NCBI GenBank assembly: GCA_051362555.1
Contig: CM120644.1
Location: 14,034,567-14,098,566 of the forward strand
Direction of reading: 5' to 3'
Origin: Lingula anatina
Lineage: Eukaryota > Animalia > Brachiopoda
Length of the DNA: 64,000 bases
The translations under genes and the position numbers were made by a program. Shown one piece after another: positions 14,298 through 25,465 of the stretch. Each line of letters opens with the position of its first letter. The first letter of the stretch is position 1. Below the pieces are notes generated by a model. The model saw nothing but the letters and a program-made list of their open reading frames with translations. It ran no database searches and was not told the DNA's origin.

Positions 14298-14333
14298 CTA
14301 TATGCTCACCACTGCAACTCTCGGCGAAGCCAT
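9357..14333 (-). CDS. CBR1: Carbonyl reductase [NADPH] 1-like SDR, paralogue A (8 coding exons, 276 aa)
   Basis: Exons on the minus strand: 14310-14333, 12881-12965, 12473-12651, 12091-12203, 11335-11460, 10813-10954, 10412-10475, 9357-9454. All introns are GT-AG, phases are consistent, total 831 nt ending TAA. Protein MASPRVAVVTGSNKGIGRAIVK...ARDTGRG...GGLDVLINNAGIAYK...RVVHVSS...GWPESAYGTSK...CCPGYVDTDMTSHKGPKTPEQGADTPVYLATLPP...VVPWQ* has the TGxxxGIG Rossmann motif, NNAG and the YxxxK catalytic motif. The symbol denotes the family, not strict orthology. Confidence 0.95.
9752..9951 (-). mobile_element. MITE family M2 (CAGTGGCGGATTTAG terminus), partial copy
   Basis: Reverse complement matches 18948-19122 and 21829-22086, including the shared core GAAATTAGAATTTTGACTAGCT. 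Confidence 0.75.
13114..13277 (+). mobile_element. 5'-truncated RTE-like non-LTR retrotransposon (3' end) in CBR-A intron 1
   Basis: Encodes WRDELDDYWKSWKKKPWPNWKSEAQDRKQWKKHAEAFVQQWNTKGSK*, resembling an RTE-type C-terminus (AQDRxxW...EAFVQQW). Has a (TGA)n tail and an 11-bp TSD AATTAAAAATT at 13103-13113 and 13278-13288. Confidence 0.85.
13667..13835 (-). mobile_element. 169-bp MITE, family M1 copy 1 (hAT-like, 5-bp TSD)
   Basis: TIR CAGGGGCGGAT...ATCCGCCCCTG; TSD AATAC on both sides; ~96% identical to 46144-46312 by manual alignment. Confidence 0.9.
14252..14295. repeat. (CA)n microsatellite next to the CBR-A exon 1 donor
   Basis: Direct reading. Confidence 0.95.
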
Positions 14334-16050
14334 GGTTTTTAGCTGACTATCTAGTGTGTCACGACCGCTACAATACTGGTCACTTGTTGTACAACCGCCG
14401 TGTTTGTTCAACACGGCGACCTGGATTTTGACCTAATTCCCGGTATATAGATATTGAGTCTATTATACTAGCCCTTCACAGTAAGCCAGTGCAGTATGCC
14501 CTTTAAGTACGAATAATGGCCGGGTTATCTCAAATGACTGGTAATATACTTATTGCGCATTCCCTCAGTCACGTGCCACGTGCGCGTTTTTTGTCTAAGA
14601 CTGCGATGGTGTTTGTACACTAGTTCTGTATCCTCTAGATTTATAGATTTTTGTTTTTTTTCTACCAATTCCGGACAGAACAGAATATTAAAATACATGT
14701 AGCAGCACCGACAAAACAAAAATTACGTTGCACATGCAGTTAATCATTGGGCCTTTCCATCTCCGACTGCCAAAGTGACAGATTGATTTTTCACTAGATA
14801 TTCACAAATGCTGGGGGCCTGCATCAAGGGGCTTATTCATGACATATGAAATAAATCTTCACAATTTATCACGCTGCGACTTTAGTGTTACAACGATTTT
14901 ATTTTTGCAGTTTACACTTTCTATGTTCTGTAGTATACCTTTAATATTATGGTTTAGAGCTAGCATGTTCACCTCATGTACTACAGTAGCATGTACACCT
15001 GAAAAACTAAATATAGTAAGACTGCACCATCTCCAAGCATACAAAAGATAGACGTTATATAAGAAAGTAAATAATAGGCAAATCTTCCCTAGAACTTGAT
15101 ACACTGCAGTATTTTCCATCGCGAACAACAACAAAACAGTGATGATATTAGTAAAGTTGGGTCCACACATGCATTTTTTGTAATTGCGCTAGAGACTTGA
15201 AGTTTACACGCAGACAGACAAATACAGGGTGACAAAAATTTCGTTATTATGTCCGAGAGATAACTGAGAATTTGGGGATCGATCACAGACATACTTTTTT
15301 GAAATCTGATGGACCTTTGTAGGATTTGATATTCTATTTATTTATTTATTTATTACTTCATTGAGTCCAATTTTTTTTTAATTTGTGCTTACGGCCAAGA
15401 TAAAACTTAAACGAAAAATAAATAACAACAATGATAATTGATAAGATATATTTCTCCTATCAAAACCAATGTTAAAAAAGTTAACTGTTTAAAAACAATT
15501 GTAACATATCTAGAGTGCCTTGCGATAAAATATGCATGCTTAAAGCACTACGTTGTTTCATTTGAATCTATAAAATCACATGCAATTTATTGCTGATAAT
15601 TTTTTAAAAAAAGGGAAATAATAAAAATAGAATAAGTCTTCTAATATGAATTCGGTCCCGTCCCATTCAAAAGAGGCATGTTTCATTAATACCACGTTAA
15701 TGTTATTTAAAAAGACAATAGGAATAATTGCGTTGCGACAAAAATTACACGGTTTACATAAATATGTTATTTGATAAGGAATGTTAAACTGAGGGGCATG
15801 TGAATCCCTTCATGAAATGAATATGCACCTTAATGTATCCATACAGGTGAAAGGGATTTTTATGTTTTTCAAGAGCTGAGATTCTACTCAAAATAACTAA
15901 AACGTCGAAGAGTACTAGTTTCTGTACATGTTCGTCACTTCTACTCCCTTTTTAAATTCCTGCCATGGCTAATATTCCTGGTCTGTGTACGCATTTTGTT
16001 TTCCAAATGTAAACAGCAAATTCCAGATAATTATGAAAAATGTCTCCTTT

Positions 16051-16056
16051 TTTATT
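16051..16056 (-). terminator. Candidate polyadenylation signal (AATAAA) of CBR-B
   Basis: TTTATT on the plus strand ~50 nt past the CBR-B stop. The motif is common in AT-rich DNA, so this is tentative. Confidence 0.35.
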
Positions 16057-16102
16057 TGTTATTCCTAAAGCTCCTAAGCTAAAGTAAAAATTGTAGATTG
16101 TT

Positions 16103-16254
16103 CTACTGCCATGGTTGAACTTTGCGGTCGCTCACTAATTTCCCGCGTGGCTCTTTCGTATTTGGAGGTAATGTTGCGCAGTAGACAATTGAATCGGCTC
16201 CTGGAAAGAAAAAAATTAAATGAAATCAGACGTCCACAGTCAAAAGTCAAAAGT

Positions 16255-16296
<42 letters not shown>

Positions 16297-18637
16297 ATAT
16301 GTCTCCTCCACTACAAGAGTTAGTCAAAAATTGGGAATTTAGAAATGAAAAATCGGTAAATTAAATCGATCTTGATTTTCCAAAGGATTTCAGATAGGAT
16401 GCACCTCGGTCGTTAAGCAGAAATCGCTCACATGTCCACTTTAAGTAAGCTTTGACAATATATAGTTCTAAGGCGTATTATAAGCTTTTTAAAGACCAGC
16501 GGTTGACTTAATGTACAAGTACCTTCTGCAGGTGTCTTTTTGCCTTTGTTGCCGGTCATGTCGGTCTGTACCCAACCCGGGTCAACCTGGAAATGATAGA
16601 ACTGCTTCCTTAGACCGTATATCAAGAAAATAAAAAAAAATCCAGACAAATAAATGTTTGACATCCTTCTGTCCCCCTCCGAAACCCTGAATTTGGATTA
16701 CGCTTCAAAAAGAGCCAGTGTTATAGACCCCATTTCCATAGATTTTAGATCGATCTATCCCTGTGGGGAGTCTCACTAGATTACTGTCAGCTTAGTCGGC
16801 TTAAGCGTCTGTCTTGCCTACTGAAAGCTGAAAGGGGGTAATTAACTTTGGTGCGCGCTCGGCTGACTGCAATTTAGCGTGAACCCCCCGGGAGTTAGGT
16901 CGATCTAAATTTTAATCCCTGGATCGATCTAAATCTCTGGGAATACACCCTAATTACACATTGCATATCGCGATGTAAACCTGCACCAGTGGCGTCAATA
17001 TCTGGTTGATTTGTCTCCGTCTAACCTCTAAAGTGATCAAGATGCACATTTAAAATGTCTATACATGGCACGATATCATCATCTAATCACCTCGTATTTA
17101 AAGACCCAAGACAGTTGCGTTCCCCAGTAAAACTAAATGCTTATAACTTACGGCGTTAACAATAATGTCCCTTGAGTCCTTGTCGAGAGCCTCCTGTTGG
17201 ATAATCGTCATGCACGTGACTCCAACCTTAGTGACGCCGTACGCCCAGTCAGGCCAGCCATTCTCTGTGTGCTTTCCAACTTTAGCTAGCCTGGAAAAAG
17301 GACAGTTTTTTTCATTTTGACTTACAGACAAGGCAAATCAGACCTATAAAACAAAGGTGGTTCAACAGGGAGCGTTAGAACGAGTTTTAGCGACTTAGCT
17401 TAAGCATACCAACTCCAGGACCACGGGGACTCTCGCTGAATGCAATCCGGTTTACAGACTTTACATGCATCCTTCGTTGCCTCCTGACGCTGAGTAGAAT
17501 ACAGAAAAGTTGGTGATTAAACGAGAACGAATTGGAGACAAATGGAGGCTTGTAAGTCTGTTAGTCTGGTTGCATTCAGCGAGAGTCCTCGTGGAGCGTG
17601 CATTAGCTATAGCAACCTAACTCATTCTGAACGACTCCATAGTCACAATCGGATTGACCCGCAAGCAGCGGGAATTACCTAGCGTTGTTAAACGCCTATT
17701 GGAGCCAATCGTGAGGGCGACCAGTGATTTGAAACTCGTTACTTACTCCACAAAATCTTTCATCAGTGCAGATAGCTGATCCATGGTGAGTTTTGATGTG
17801 AATTTTTTCTTTAGTTCAGCGCTCATTTTGCTCAGTGCCATTTGGCTGACGAAGCTGGACACGTTGACCACCCTGGAAATCAAATGGAAATGTGAGATCA
17901 AGCTGGGAATCGGCATACTGAAGTGGTGGACATTCTTATCTATTTCAAAACTCAAACAAAATTGGGTTTTAATTCAATTTAGCTGTATCCAAACATATTG
18001 CACGGCGCGCTTTGGAAAAAAACTGACACTTTTATTTGTACTTCATCAAGATTTCAATATTTTAATAAAATATTAAAACAGTGCAGTACTGCAACATACT
18101 TCAGACGACCACTAGCTTTGATATATGTACAACCCAAAACGAAACTTTGTATACTACAAACTTCTGTGAATTGAAGAGAATGTTAATTTGAATAAGCGCA
18201 CAACCTCTCTCTCTCTCTCAGTACCTTGCATGGGGCCTCAGAAGAGGAAACAAGCTATCGCAAACATTCAGCATGGCAGTATAGTTCGTTGCCATGGACA
18301 CTTCTGCTTGCTCGGCGAAAGAAGCCGTGGAACTAGCCTGCAAAAAGAATAAAACGCATCTAATTTCGTTTTTGTTCTTAAGAGTATCATGCACCACTCA
18401 CATGCACGCACGCACGTGCATACTGGTACACACGCACATACCGGTAAGTAAGTTATAAGATAATTATTTGCATTAATTGGACCAATTGTATTGTCATGGT
18501 AGAACAGTAATTGCCAGTCGCCAGTCACACATTTAAGTTAAACTTCGAATGTCACTTGCGTTGACATCGCGAGGTTAGGGTTACATTCTTCTGTTGGTGT
18601 GTAACAACTTGTATATATAATGCCTTCTGCGCAAAAA

Positions 18638-18688
<51 letters not shown>

Positions 18689-21600
18689 ATGCTCCTTGGT
18701 TAACTCACGATCATATTCAAAAAGCATTTTGTGTTCACCTTAAACATCTTCTACGGGTGTAGAGTACAATGTCGTGCACAGGAGAGGCTTGCTCCGGAAC
18801 CCTTTAATCAACACACCGGTTGGGTGATGACGTACATATGTAGTTACCGTGCAGAAAATGTGCACACTTTGTGAATAGCTAAAACAACATCGTTGGATGT
18901 TTAGTGTAAATAATATATGGTCCCAGAAAGGGGGGGGAGGGGAGGGACAGTGGCGGATTTAGAGGGGGGGGGCAAGAGGGTCCTGATTCCCCCTTCAGTT
19001 TCTGAAAAATATATCACACTTATATTCCCCTCTTGAAATTAGAATTTTGACTAGCTAAATCATAGTTCTAAACCGTACCAAAGGGTACAGTTTGCTCTCC
19101 AGAAAACCCAAAAAAATTCGGCCTTGTAGAGTATCGTATGTGACATCGAATATTTGCACCACTTTTAGTAATTGAAGGCATCACCACCGCGTTTATTGAA
19201 CATTCGTGAACAGTTTCAGTAACAACCTCTCACCTAAAATGAGCTATACCTGTTGTTATTTGCATAACAACAAGTTGCTCATCGTAGTGCGGGCTGTCTT
19301 CCCGAATGCTCACTTGGCAGTTAGACAGAGTCGGGTGTAGATGCAACAGTATGTGTGGTGCAGTCAGAAGGTCGAGCTTTTATAAGGCGTGGAAGCAAAT
19401 GCATGTTGGTGAGTACATATATCACTATTTCTTTACATATTTCGATACACGTTTTACACAGCCTGTCGTCTCCATTGCGCCGTGTGTTGTCCATCCATTA
19501 CACGGTTCACTGTATGAAAACTTATTATATATATTTGTTATAATTTTCGAAGAGAATTTGTAAACGATCTCTTTCTCTGAAATGCGTCAACATGTACTAC
19601 AACACGTTTTAAAACTTTTAATATCAAGAGGAATATATTAACGGTTGTAGCAATAACCTCACCCACCCTGCAAATGAAACGGCTTGTGCTATCAATGCTA
19701 CTTTTTTTAACTAGATCATTATTTTGGTTTTGCGGTAGCTCAGTCTGAACATCATACTAGTTAATAAACGTGCACGCCATTCCATTTATATGTGCCCTCT
19801 GCCCTGTGATATTACCGGCATCATTAGAATGTAGACAGCCTGTCTATTTAGTTCAAAGTTGTAAACATTATTTTATCTTTTCAGGAGCACAACGAGATTC
19901 TGAACAGCATCCGCCTGAAAACAACCTATGAAGTCTATAGCCTTTGCTTCACTCACAGGAACCCACGCTCAATAAAATTCAATAAAACTCAATAAATTTT
20001 TTTGTGATTTGGCGTTTTATTTTTCACTTTGTTATGAAATGGAAAATGGGTTATTTTTAGTTTTTGAGGATTTTCAAATTCAAGCTGATCTGTAAATAAT
20101 GTCAATGTTTTTTTGGTTGACGGTTTTCTGTGGCACCTAAATATTAAATAGTTGTAAAATGACCAGTAATATGACCAGAAATAAAACGTCTAATATGGTT
20201 TCCAACAACCTACATTTTATAGTTCAAATTCATAAAAAAATTACAATCCTGGTTTTTAGAAAATTCACATGTGATTTTTGTTCTATAGTATATGGAATCA
20301 ATTCGTTTGGATGCAATTTTTCCTATATTTCCTCATATTGGGAGGGTCCCATTTTGACGGGTTTTGGCTTTTGCTATCGTGAATTGTTTTAATTTGGCGG
20401 CCTATGCTTGGTATAAATACTTAATTTGATATTTGAATGTTATAATGAAAATGTGGGATGATTCAGATGTAAGCTTAAATAAAGTTAGTTTTAATGGATA
20501 CGACTGAAATTGGCCAAAAATTTTGATTTCTAAAGTAACAGAACAACTTCTTCAGTTCCTGTTCTCTGAACCAAATTGGGATAATTACAAGACTCGTCCC
20601 ACCTGTCACCCCTTCTTATGCAATGAATTAATCTCACCTGTCATCCCTCTGATGCAATGGACTCGCCACACCTGACACCCCTTCTAGTGCAATGGACCTT
20701 CCCCACCTGTCACCCCTCTAATTTAATGGACTCGCCCCACCTGTCATCCCTTCTAATGCAATGGACTAGCCCCACCTCTCACCCCTCTAATGCAGTAGAC
20801 CTGCCCCACCTGTCACCCCTTCTATTGCAATGGACTCGCCCCACCTGTCACCCCTTCTATTGCAATGGACTCGCCCCACCTGTCACCCCTTCTATTGCAA
20901 TGGACTCGCCCCACCTGTCACCCCTTCTATTGCAATGGACTCGCCCCACCTGTCACCCCTGTAATGCAATGGACCTGCCCCACCTGCCACCCCTTTTATG
21001 CAGTGGACTCGCCCCACCTGCCACCCCCTTTTTTTTTGCAATTGACCCCCACCTGCCACCCGTACAATGAATGGACTCCCCCAACTTGTCTATCAAATGA
21101 CCGTTGCGTACTTGCCTCAGTCAAGATTTCACTGCTAAACCTTTTCACTACTCCTGTGTTAGCTGACCTTGTAAGCAATTATTAGAATGAATTTTCTAAA
21201 AAGAAGCTTAAACAATCCACTAATTCATCAAAAACACCAATCAACTATCAGGATTACCTGAAAACACCTTTTTAATAATTTTGATAAACCTTATTATATA
21301 ATTAAAGTCTATTTTATAGATTTTAAAAAAGCATTTCATCATGTCTGTAATTCCGGGTAGGTACCGACTGCCCGAGGGTTCTCATCGCTCTAATCGCCGA
21401 CTAACACAAATCGCAATTTGTAATCAGCCACTAGGTGTAGTTAAGACAACGAATGGCGCAGGTTGATGCCCCTAAAGCGCGATTTCTGCTTACGTTATTG
21501 GTAAATATAACCGACACTTATCTATTTATTTTTATAACATTGTTAGAACGTTTTAATACTAGATGTGATGATTAAAGTTATGCAAACTGTAGTGATGCAA

Positions 21601-22920
21601 AATATGAAACCCTTCATTATTTTGCATGTGTTAAAAACATGTATTAACAAGAGACCTAATATCTATGTAATCAAACTTGATTTTTTAAAAAATCAAACTC
21701 AATGGCACAAAATAGATATTTTTGTTAATGATAACAAATAATGAGTTATTGTTTAAAAGTAACTACAAAAATTTCAACCTTAAAGGTACACTCCATGGGT
21801 TTGAAAATCCCCCAAACGCCATCCACAGCAGTAGCGAATTTAGGGGGGGTTTCCGGGGGTCCTGATCACACCATTGGTCTCCCTGTTGCAATTTGAATTT
21901 TGACTAGCTGAATCATACATGTAGTTCATAACCGTACCAAATGGCACCGTCAAACCCTCTAAATTACCCAAACAATTCGGGACCCTTCAGCAGGCCCCGA
22001 TCCCCACGCCAAGGGGAGGGGTGGAGGTCGGCTTCGCATCCGGGCACCCTCCCCCCCCCCTTCAATTAAACCTAGATCCGCCCCTGGGGGGGGGGGGGGT
22101 AGTAGTGAACGTGCACCTAACCTTGTAAGCAATAGCAGCGTTGTTCACCAGCACGTCCAGCCCTCCGTAAGTTTTCTCAAGGTAACCCCGTAGTGCCGCG
22201 ATGCTGTCCGCGCTGTTGATATCTAACTGGTGGAATGACGGACTCACGCCCTCCTTCTTTAGGGCATCCACTGCTGCCTGCCCACGTCCGACATCACGGG
22301 CTGAGGAAAAATATATATCATTACTGATCAAGATCAATGTGAAATAAAAAAAAGATATGGAAAAGGAATAAATAATAGGAAAATAAATTAAGTTGAAAGT
22401 ATACAACGACAAATTTATATTCAGGTCACACCGTTTTTCAGTTCTGCAACATTATTATTATTATTATAAATCTTCACTTCATTATTGACAGTTAACTAGA
22501 TATATATTTTAAAACATATTACCATACAACAAAAATAACAATAATAATAATCATAATAATCATTATTTATATTATTATTGGAATGATGATGATAAAGGGA
22601 ATTTTTGTTCATTTGCAATGTTCTCAGGCCTCAGAAATACTCGTATCAAACAAATGCATATGTTCCTACCCACTCAAATTTAAAAAAAAAAAAAACAATA
22701 TCCTACCTGTTAAATATACAATCCAGTCAGGATTTTGTTGACAAAGGGTCTTGACAACAGCGAGGCCTATTCCTTTGTTACCGCCAGTTACCTAAAAAAT
22801 TTTGAGAAAAAAATGTTTTTATTTTTTTGTATTCAAACTGGTAAGTTAATTGCGTACATGTAGATGTACATGTGCTCAGGCGTGTATGTGTGTGTGTCTG
22901 TGTGTGTGTGTGTGTGTGCG

Positions 22921-22964
<44 letters not shown>

Positions 22965-22994
22965 TGTGTGTGTGTGTGTGTGTTCGTGTGTGTT

Positions 22995-23031
<37 letters not shown>

Positions 23032-23065
23032 TTTTACTCACCACCGCTACGCGCTTGCTTGCCAT
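16103..23065 (-). CDS. CBR1: Carbonyl reductase [NADPH] 1-like SDR, paralogue B (8 coding exons, 275 aa)
   Basis: Exons on the minus strand: 23042-23065, 22707-22791, 22122-22300, 18225-18337, 17747-17872, 17152-17290, 16523-16586, 16103-16200. GT-AG introns, 828 nt ending TAG. Protein [22 protein letters not shown]...ARDVGRG...[15 protein letters not shown]...RVVNVSS...[11 protein letters not shown]...[34 protein letters not shown]...VQPWQ*. Exon lengths match paralogue A except exon 6 (139 vs 142 nt). Confidence 0.95.
16726..16950. mobile_element. Degenerate foldback MITE (shared inner motif group)
   Basis: TTTAGATCGATCTATCCCTGTGGGGAGTCTCACT...GCAATTTAGCGTGAACCCCCCGGGAGTTAGGTCGATCTAAA; right terminus GGGAATACACCC. 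Confidence 0.65.
17369..17638. mobile_element. Foldback MITE (shared inner motif group)
   Basis: Outer IR GGAGCGTTAGAACGAGTT / AACTCATTCTGAACGACTCC; inner IR CCACGGGGACTCTCGCTGAATGCAA / TTGCATTCAGCGAGAGTCCTCGTGG. Confidence 0.75.
18634..18690. repeat. (AAAT)n microsatellite
   Basis: Direct reading. Confidence 0.95.
18948..19122 (+). mobile_element. MITE family M2, partial copy
   Basis: Starts CAGTGGCGGATTTAGAGGGG and shares CTGAAAAATATATCACAC...CTTGAAATTAGAATTTTGACTAGCT with 9752-9951. Confidence 0.75.
20590..21083. repeat. 35-bp minisatellite in CBR-B intron 3, about 14 units
   Basis: Consensus TGCAATGGACTCGCCCCACCTGTCACCCCTTCTAT; central units are identical and edge units are degenerate. 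Confidence 0.95.
21829..22086 (+). mobile_element. MITE family M2, near full-length copy
   Basis: Termini CAGTAGCGAATTTAGG...CCTAGATCCGCCCCTG with the same internal core. A further fragment lies at ~24446-24514. Confidence 0.7.
22882..23031. repeat. Compound (TG)n(AG)n(TG)n(AG)n microsatellite filling much of CBR-B intron 1
   Basis: Direct reading. Confidence 0.95.
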
Positions 23066-25222
23066 TTTTGTCTGGTTTCAAAGGAGCTCAAGATCTGGAA
23101 TAAAAAATGATCAAACCATATGAAAACAACTCGAACAATGCGTGGCGTGGGTGATTGTGCGCGCGAGTGTTGTTCAGAGGAAGGGATACACTGTAGGAGG
23201 TAGTGGGATGAGGGGGGGGGGGGAGGGGAGAGGGGAGAACTAGTAGTATTCGGGCCTGCGAAGAACACGTCTTAACACCACATTCCATTTTGCCACAGCT
23301 TTTTCTATAAACCATGTGCATGCATGTAACCTAGCCATTACGGCGTTCTCATCTTATTCAGTACTTAGGGATATGTAGGCCTGCTATAAAACATAATTGT
23401 GACCTATATATTAAAATCCTCTGTATATTAATCCACCCTTTGACGCATTAAGTCCGCAATGTCACTTAGTTGGCCTATTCATGTCCATCTTAAAACTAGC
23501 ATATATAGTCATAACTAGGAAACATACTATAATGCTTACCTTATTGAACGCAGCATCGACAATGACATTGCAGTATTGCTGGACTATAACAGGTATTTGT
23601 TGTGCCTGTAAACCGAGTTGCTATTTATAACCATTACCCTGATTGGCTACCTTTTTCCACCATTTGTGTAATGGTCACATATCTGACAAATGAAGGCAAA
23701 CGTAGCTTATGCAATATCGAATTATTTACATAGTGTACATGTAGGACTACCTGTACACACATTATTCATATTCCTCCTCGTCGAGGTATACATGTATATA
23801 GGGCCTATGCATGATCCGAACTAGGACGGTTTATTCCGAAATAAAAAAAAAAAAAAAACTTTAACCGCTACCTAAATGTTACTATTTTTTTCAAGCACGT
23901 CAGCATGATAAGATGCAGTTAAAACGCATCAGTTTCTTGTGAGGCACTTGCACTTGTTTAACAGGCTGAGTATAGTGGTCTTAAAAATACTGTTAATACA
24001 TGTAGCCAAGTGCACCCCCAAAGAAGGTGTACAAAGGGTGTGGACGGGGATGGACACTGATCTCTATAGTTTACCAGCTACGCTACAATTCAAACTTGAA
24101 TTGAGTCAATATCCAAACCGGTGTAACAGAAATTACTGCCCTTCCATCTGAGGGTGCTGTCTTCTCGGTGGGATTATCAGCAAGATAATTTTTTCTTTAT
24201 TTTGTTCAAAAGTCACGTCGCCACTATTGTTTTACCCAATCATTCTTTTTTCTTGTTTTTTTTAATATCTTCCCCTCCTCTCTGGCCTTGCTTATCAAGA
24301 CTAGTCACATGATCTTACAGTACCCGGGGCAACTCCCCAGTGAAACATTAGAAATTGCAAAGACTACTCGAAACTAAAACCGCCAAATTATGATCCGCTT
24401 TGGCTCTCATCGTGCTCTGTAACGTCACAGGTGAAATCAAACGTAGCCCCCCCCTTTGGTTTCTGAAAAAAAAACGTTAATATTCCACTCTTGAAATAAG
24501 AATTTTGACCAGCTTATTTCCCTATATTATTGCGATTGTGAGGAAATTCGATTGTGTCTGCAATTCGCACATCTAAAGCACTTCCAACACTCATCTGTTG
24601 CCCCGAGCTGGTTTATCCAAGAAGAGACAACGCGAATACAAGCAAATAGCAAAAAGTATAAAAGAAAATAGAAAAATTAATAGAGAATCAGATAATTAAA
24701 CGAATAGAAAGATAAATATAGATAAACGCGGAACTAAACTCAAAGTTTACATATCATGTTCCTCTCTGGTATTCAGAGAAAAAAAAATATGTCAGCTGTT
24801 GATGGAATGGAAGCCAGATGCGGGGCTATTCTTTTTTGCTACTCATATTGGACATATTACCTACTTGGCAGACGACGATGTACTGAGGCTGCTAGCTGTT
24901 ATTAAGACACTGCGTATTTTAAAATGGTGCTATCGGATGTTTTATATCTATCGAAGAAAGAGTGCAATTTAAATGATTAGCATGATTTTAGCCGACGTCT
25001 CAGCAGGACCATGATGTTACGTCGTGGTCTGAGCGATATCTTTACGTCGAGAATGTCGTATTACTAAATAATTTTGATCCATTTATTTCAGCATGTACTG
25101 CGAGAGCAATATATTTCATCTAAGGATGCGTAGGGGGGGGGGGGGGGGGGGGCAGGAAAGTGGCTACCTTCTTGACGGACCAAGATATACATGTCTTAAC
25201 ATGTTGCATATCAATAAAAGGC

Positions 25223-25465
25223 TTATTACCTCCGCCAAGGAAGTTATGTTTTTACCCCTGTTTGTCTGTCTGTTTGTCTGTCATCAACATAACTCAAAAA
25301 GTTATGGACCAATTTTGATGTAATTTTCAGGAACTGTCAGAAGGCATCAATAATCAACTAATAATCAATAATAAAAAAATATCGAAAATTTAGGGGTGAA
25401 ACGGCATTAGATGGAGACTTAGCTGCCTTGGCGGAGGTCTGCGCTCTCTGAGTGCTTTTCTAGTT
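25223..25465 (+). mobile_element. Complete short Helentron-associated element (HINE), second family
   Basis: Subterminal IR ACCTCCGCCAAGG (25228-25240) / CCTTGGCGGAGGT (25426-25438), TTTG/TCTG microsatellite after the 5' IR, 3' hairpin GCGCTC-TCT-GAGTGC, ends CTAGTT. Confidence 0.85.

Noticed and set aside
14358-14385. Minus-strand VTSIVAV|GT similar to CBR exon 1
   Set aside because: There is no in-frame ATG and the donor is weak. The true exon 1 (MASPRVAV|GTGAGC) is at 14310-14333.
20657-21185. 137-aa and 106-aa repetitive ORFs; CRISPR-like appearance
   Set aside because: These are translations of a head-to-tail 35-bp minisatellite with no unique spacers and no cas genes, inside a eukaryotic intron.
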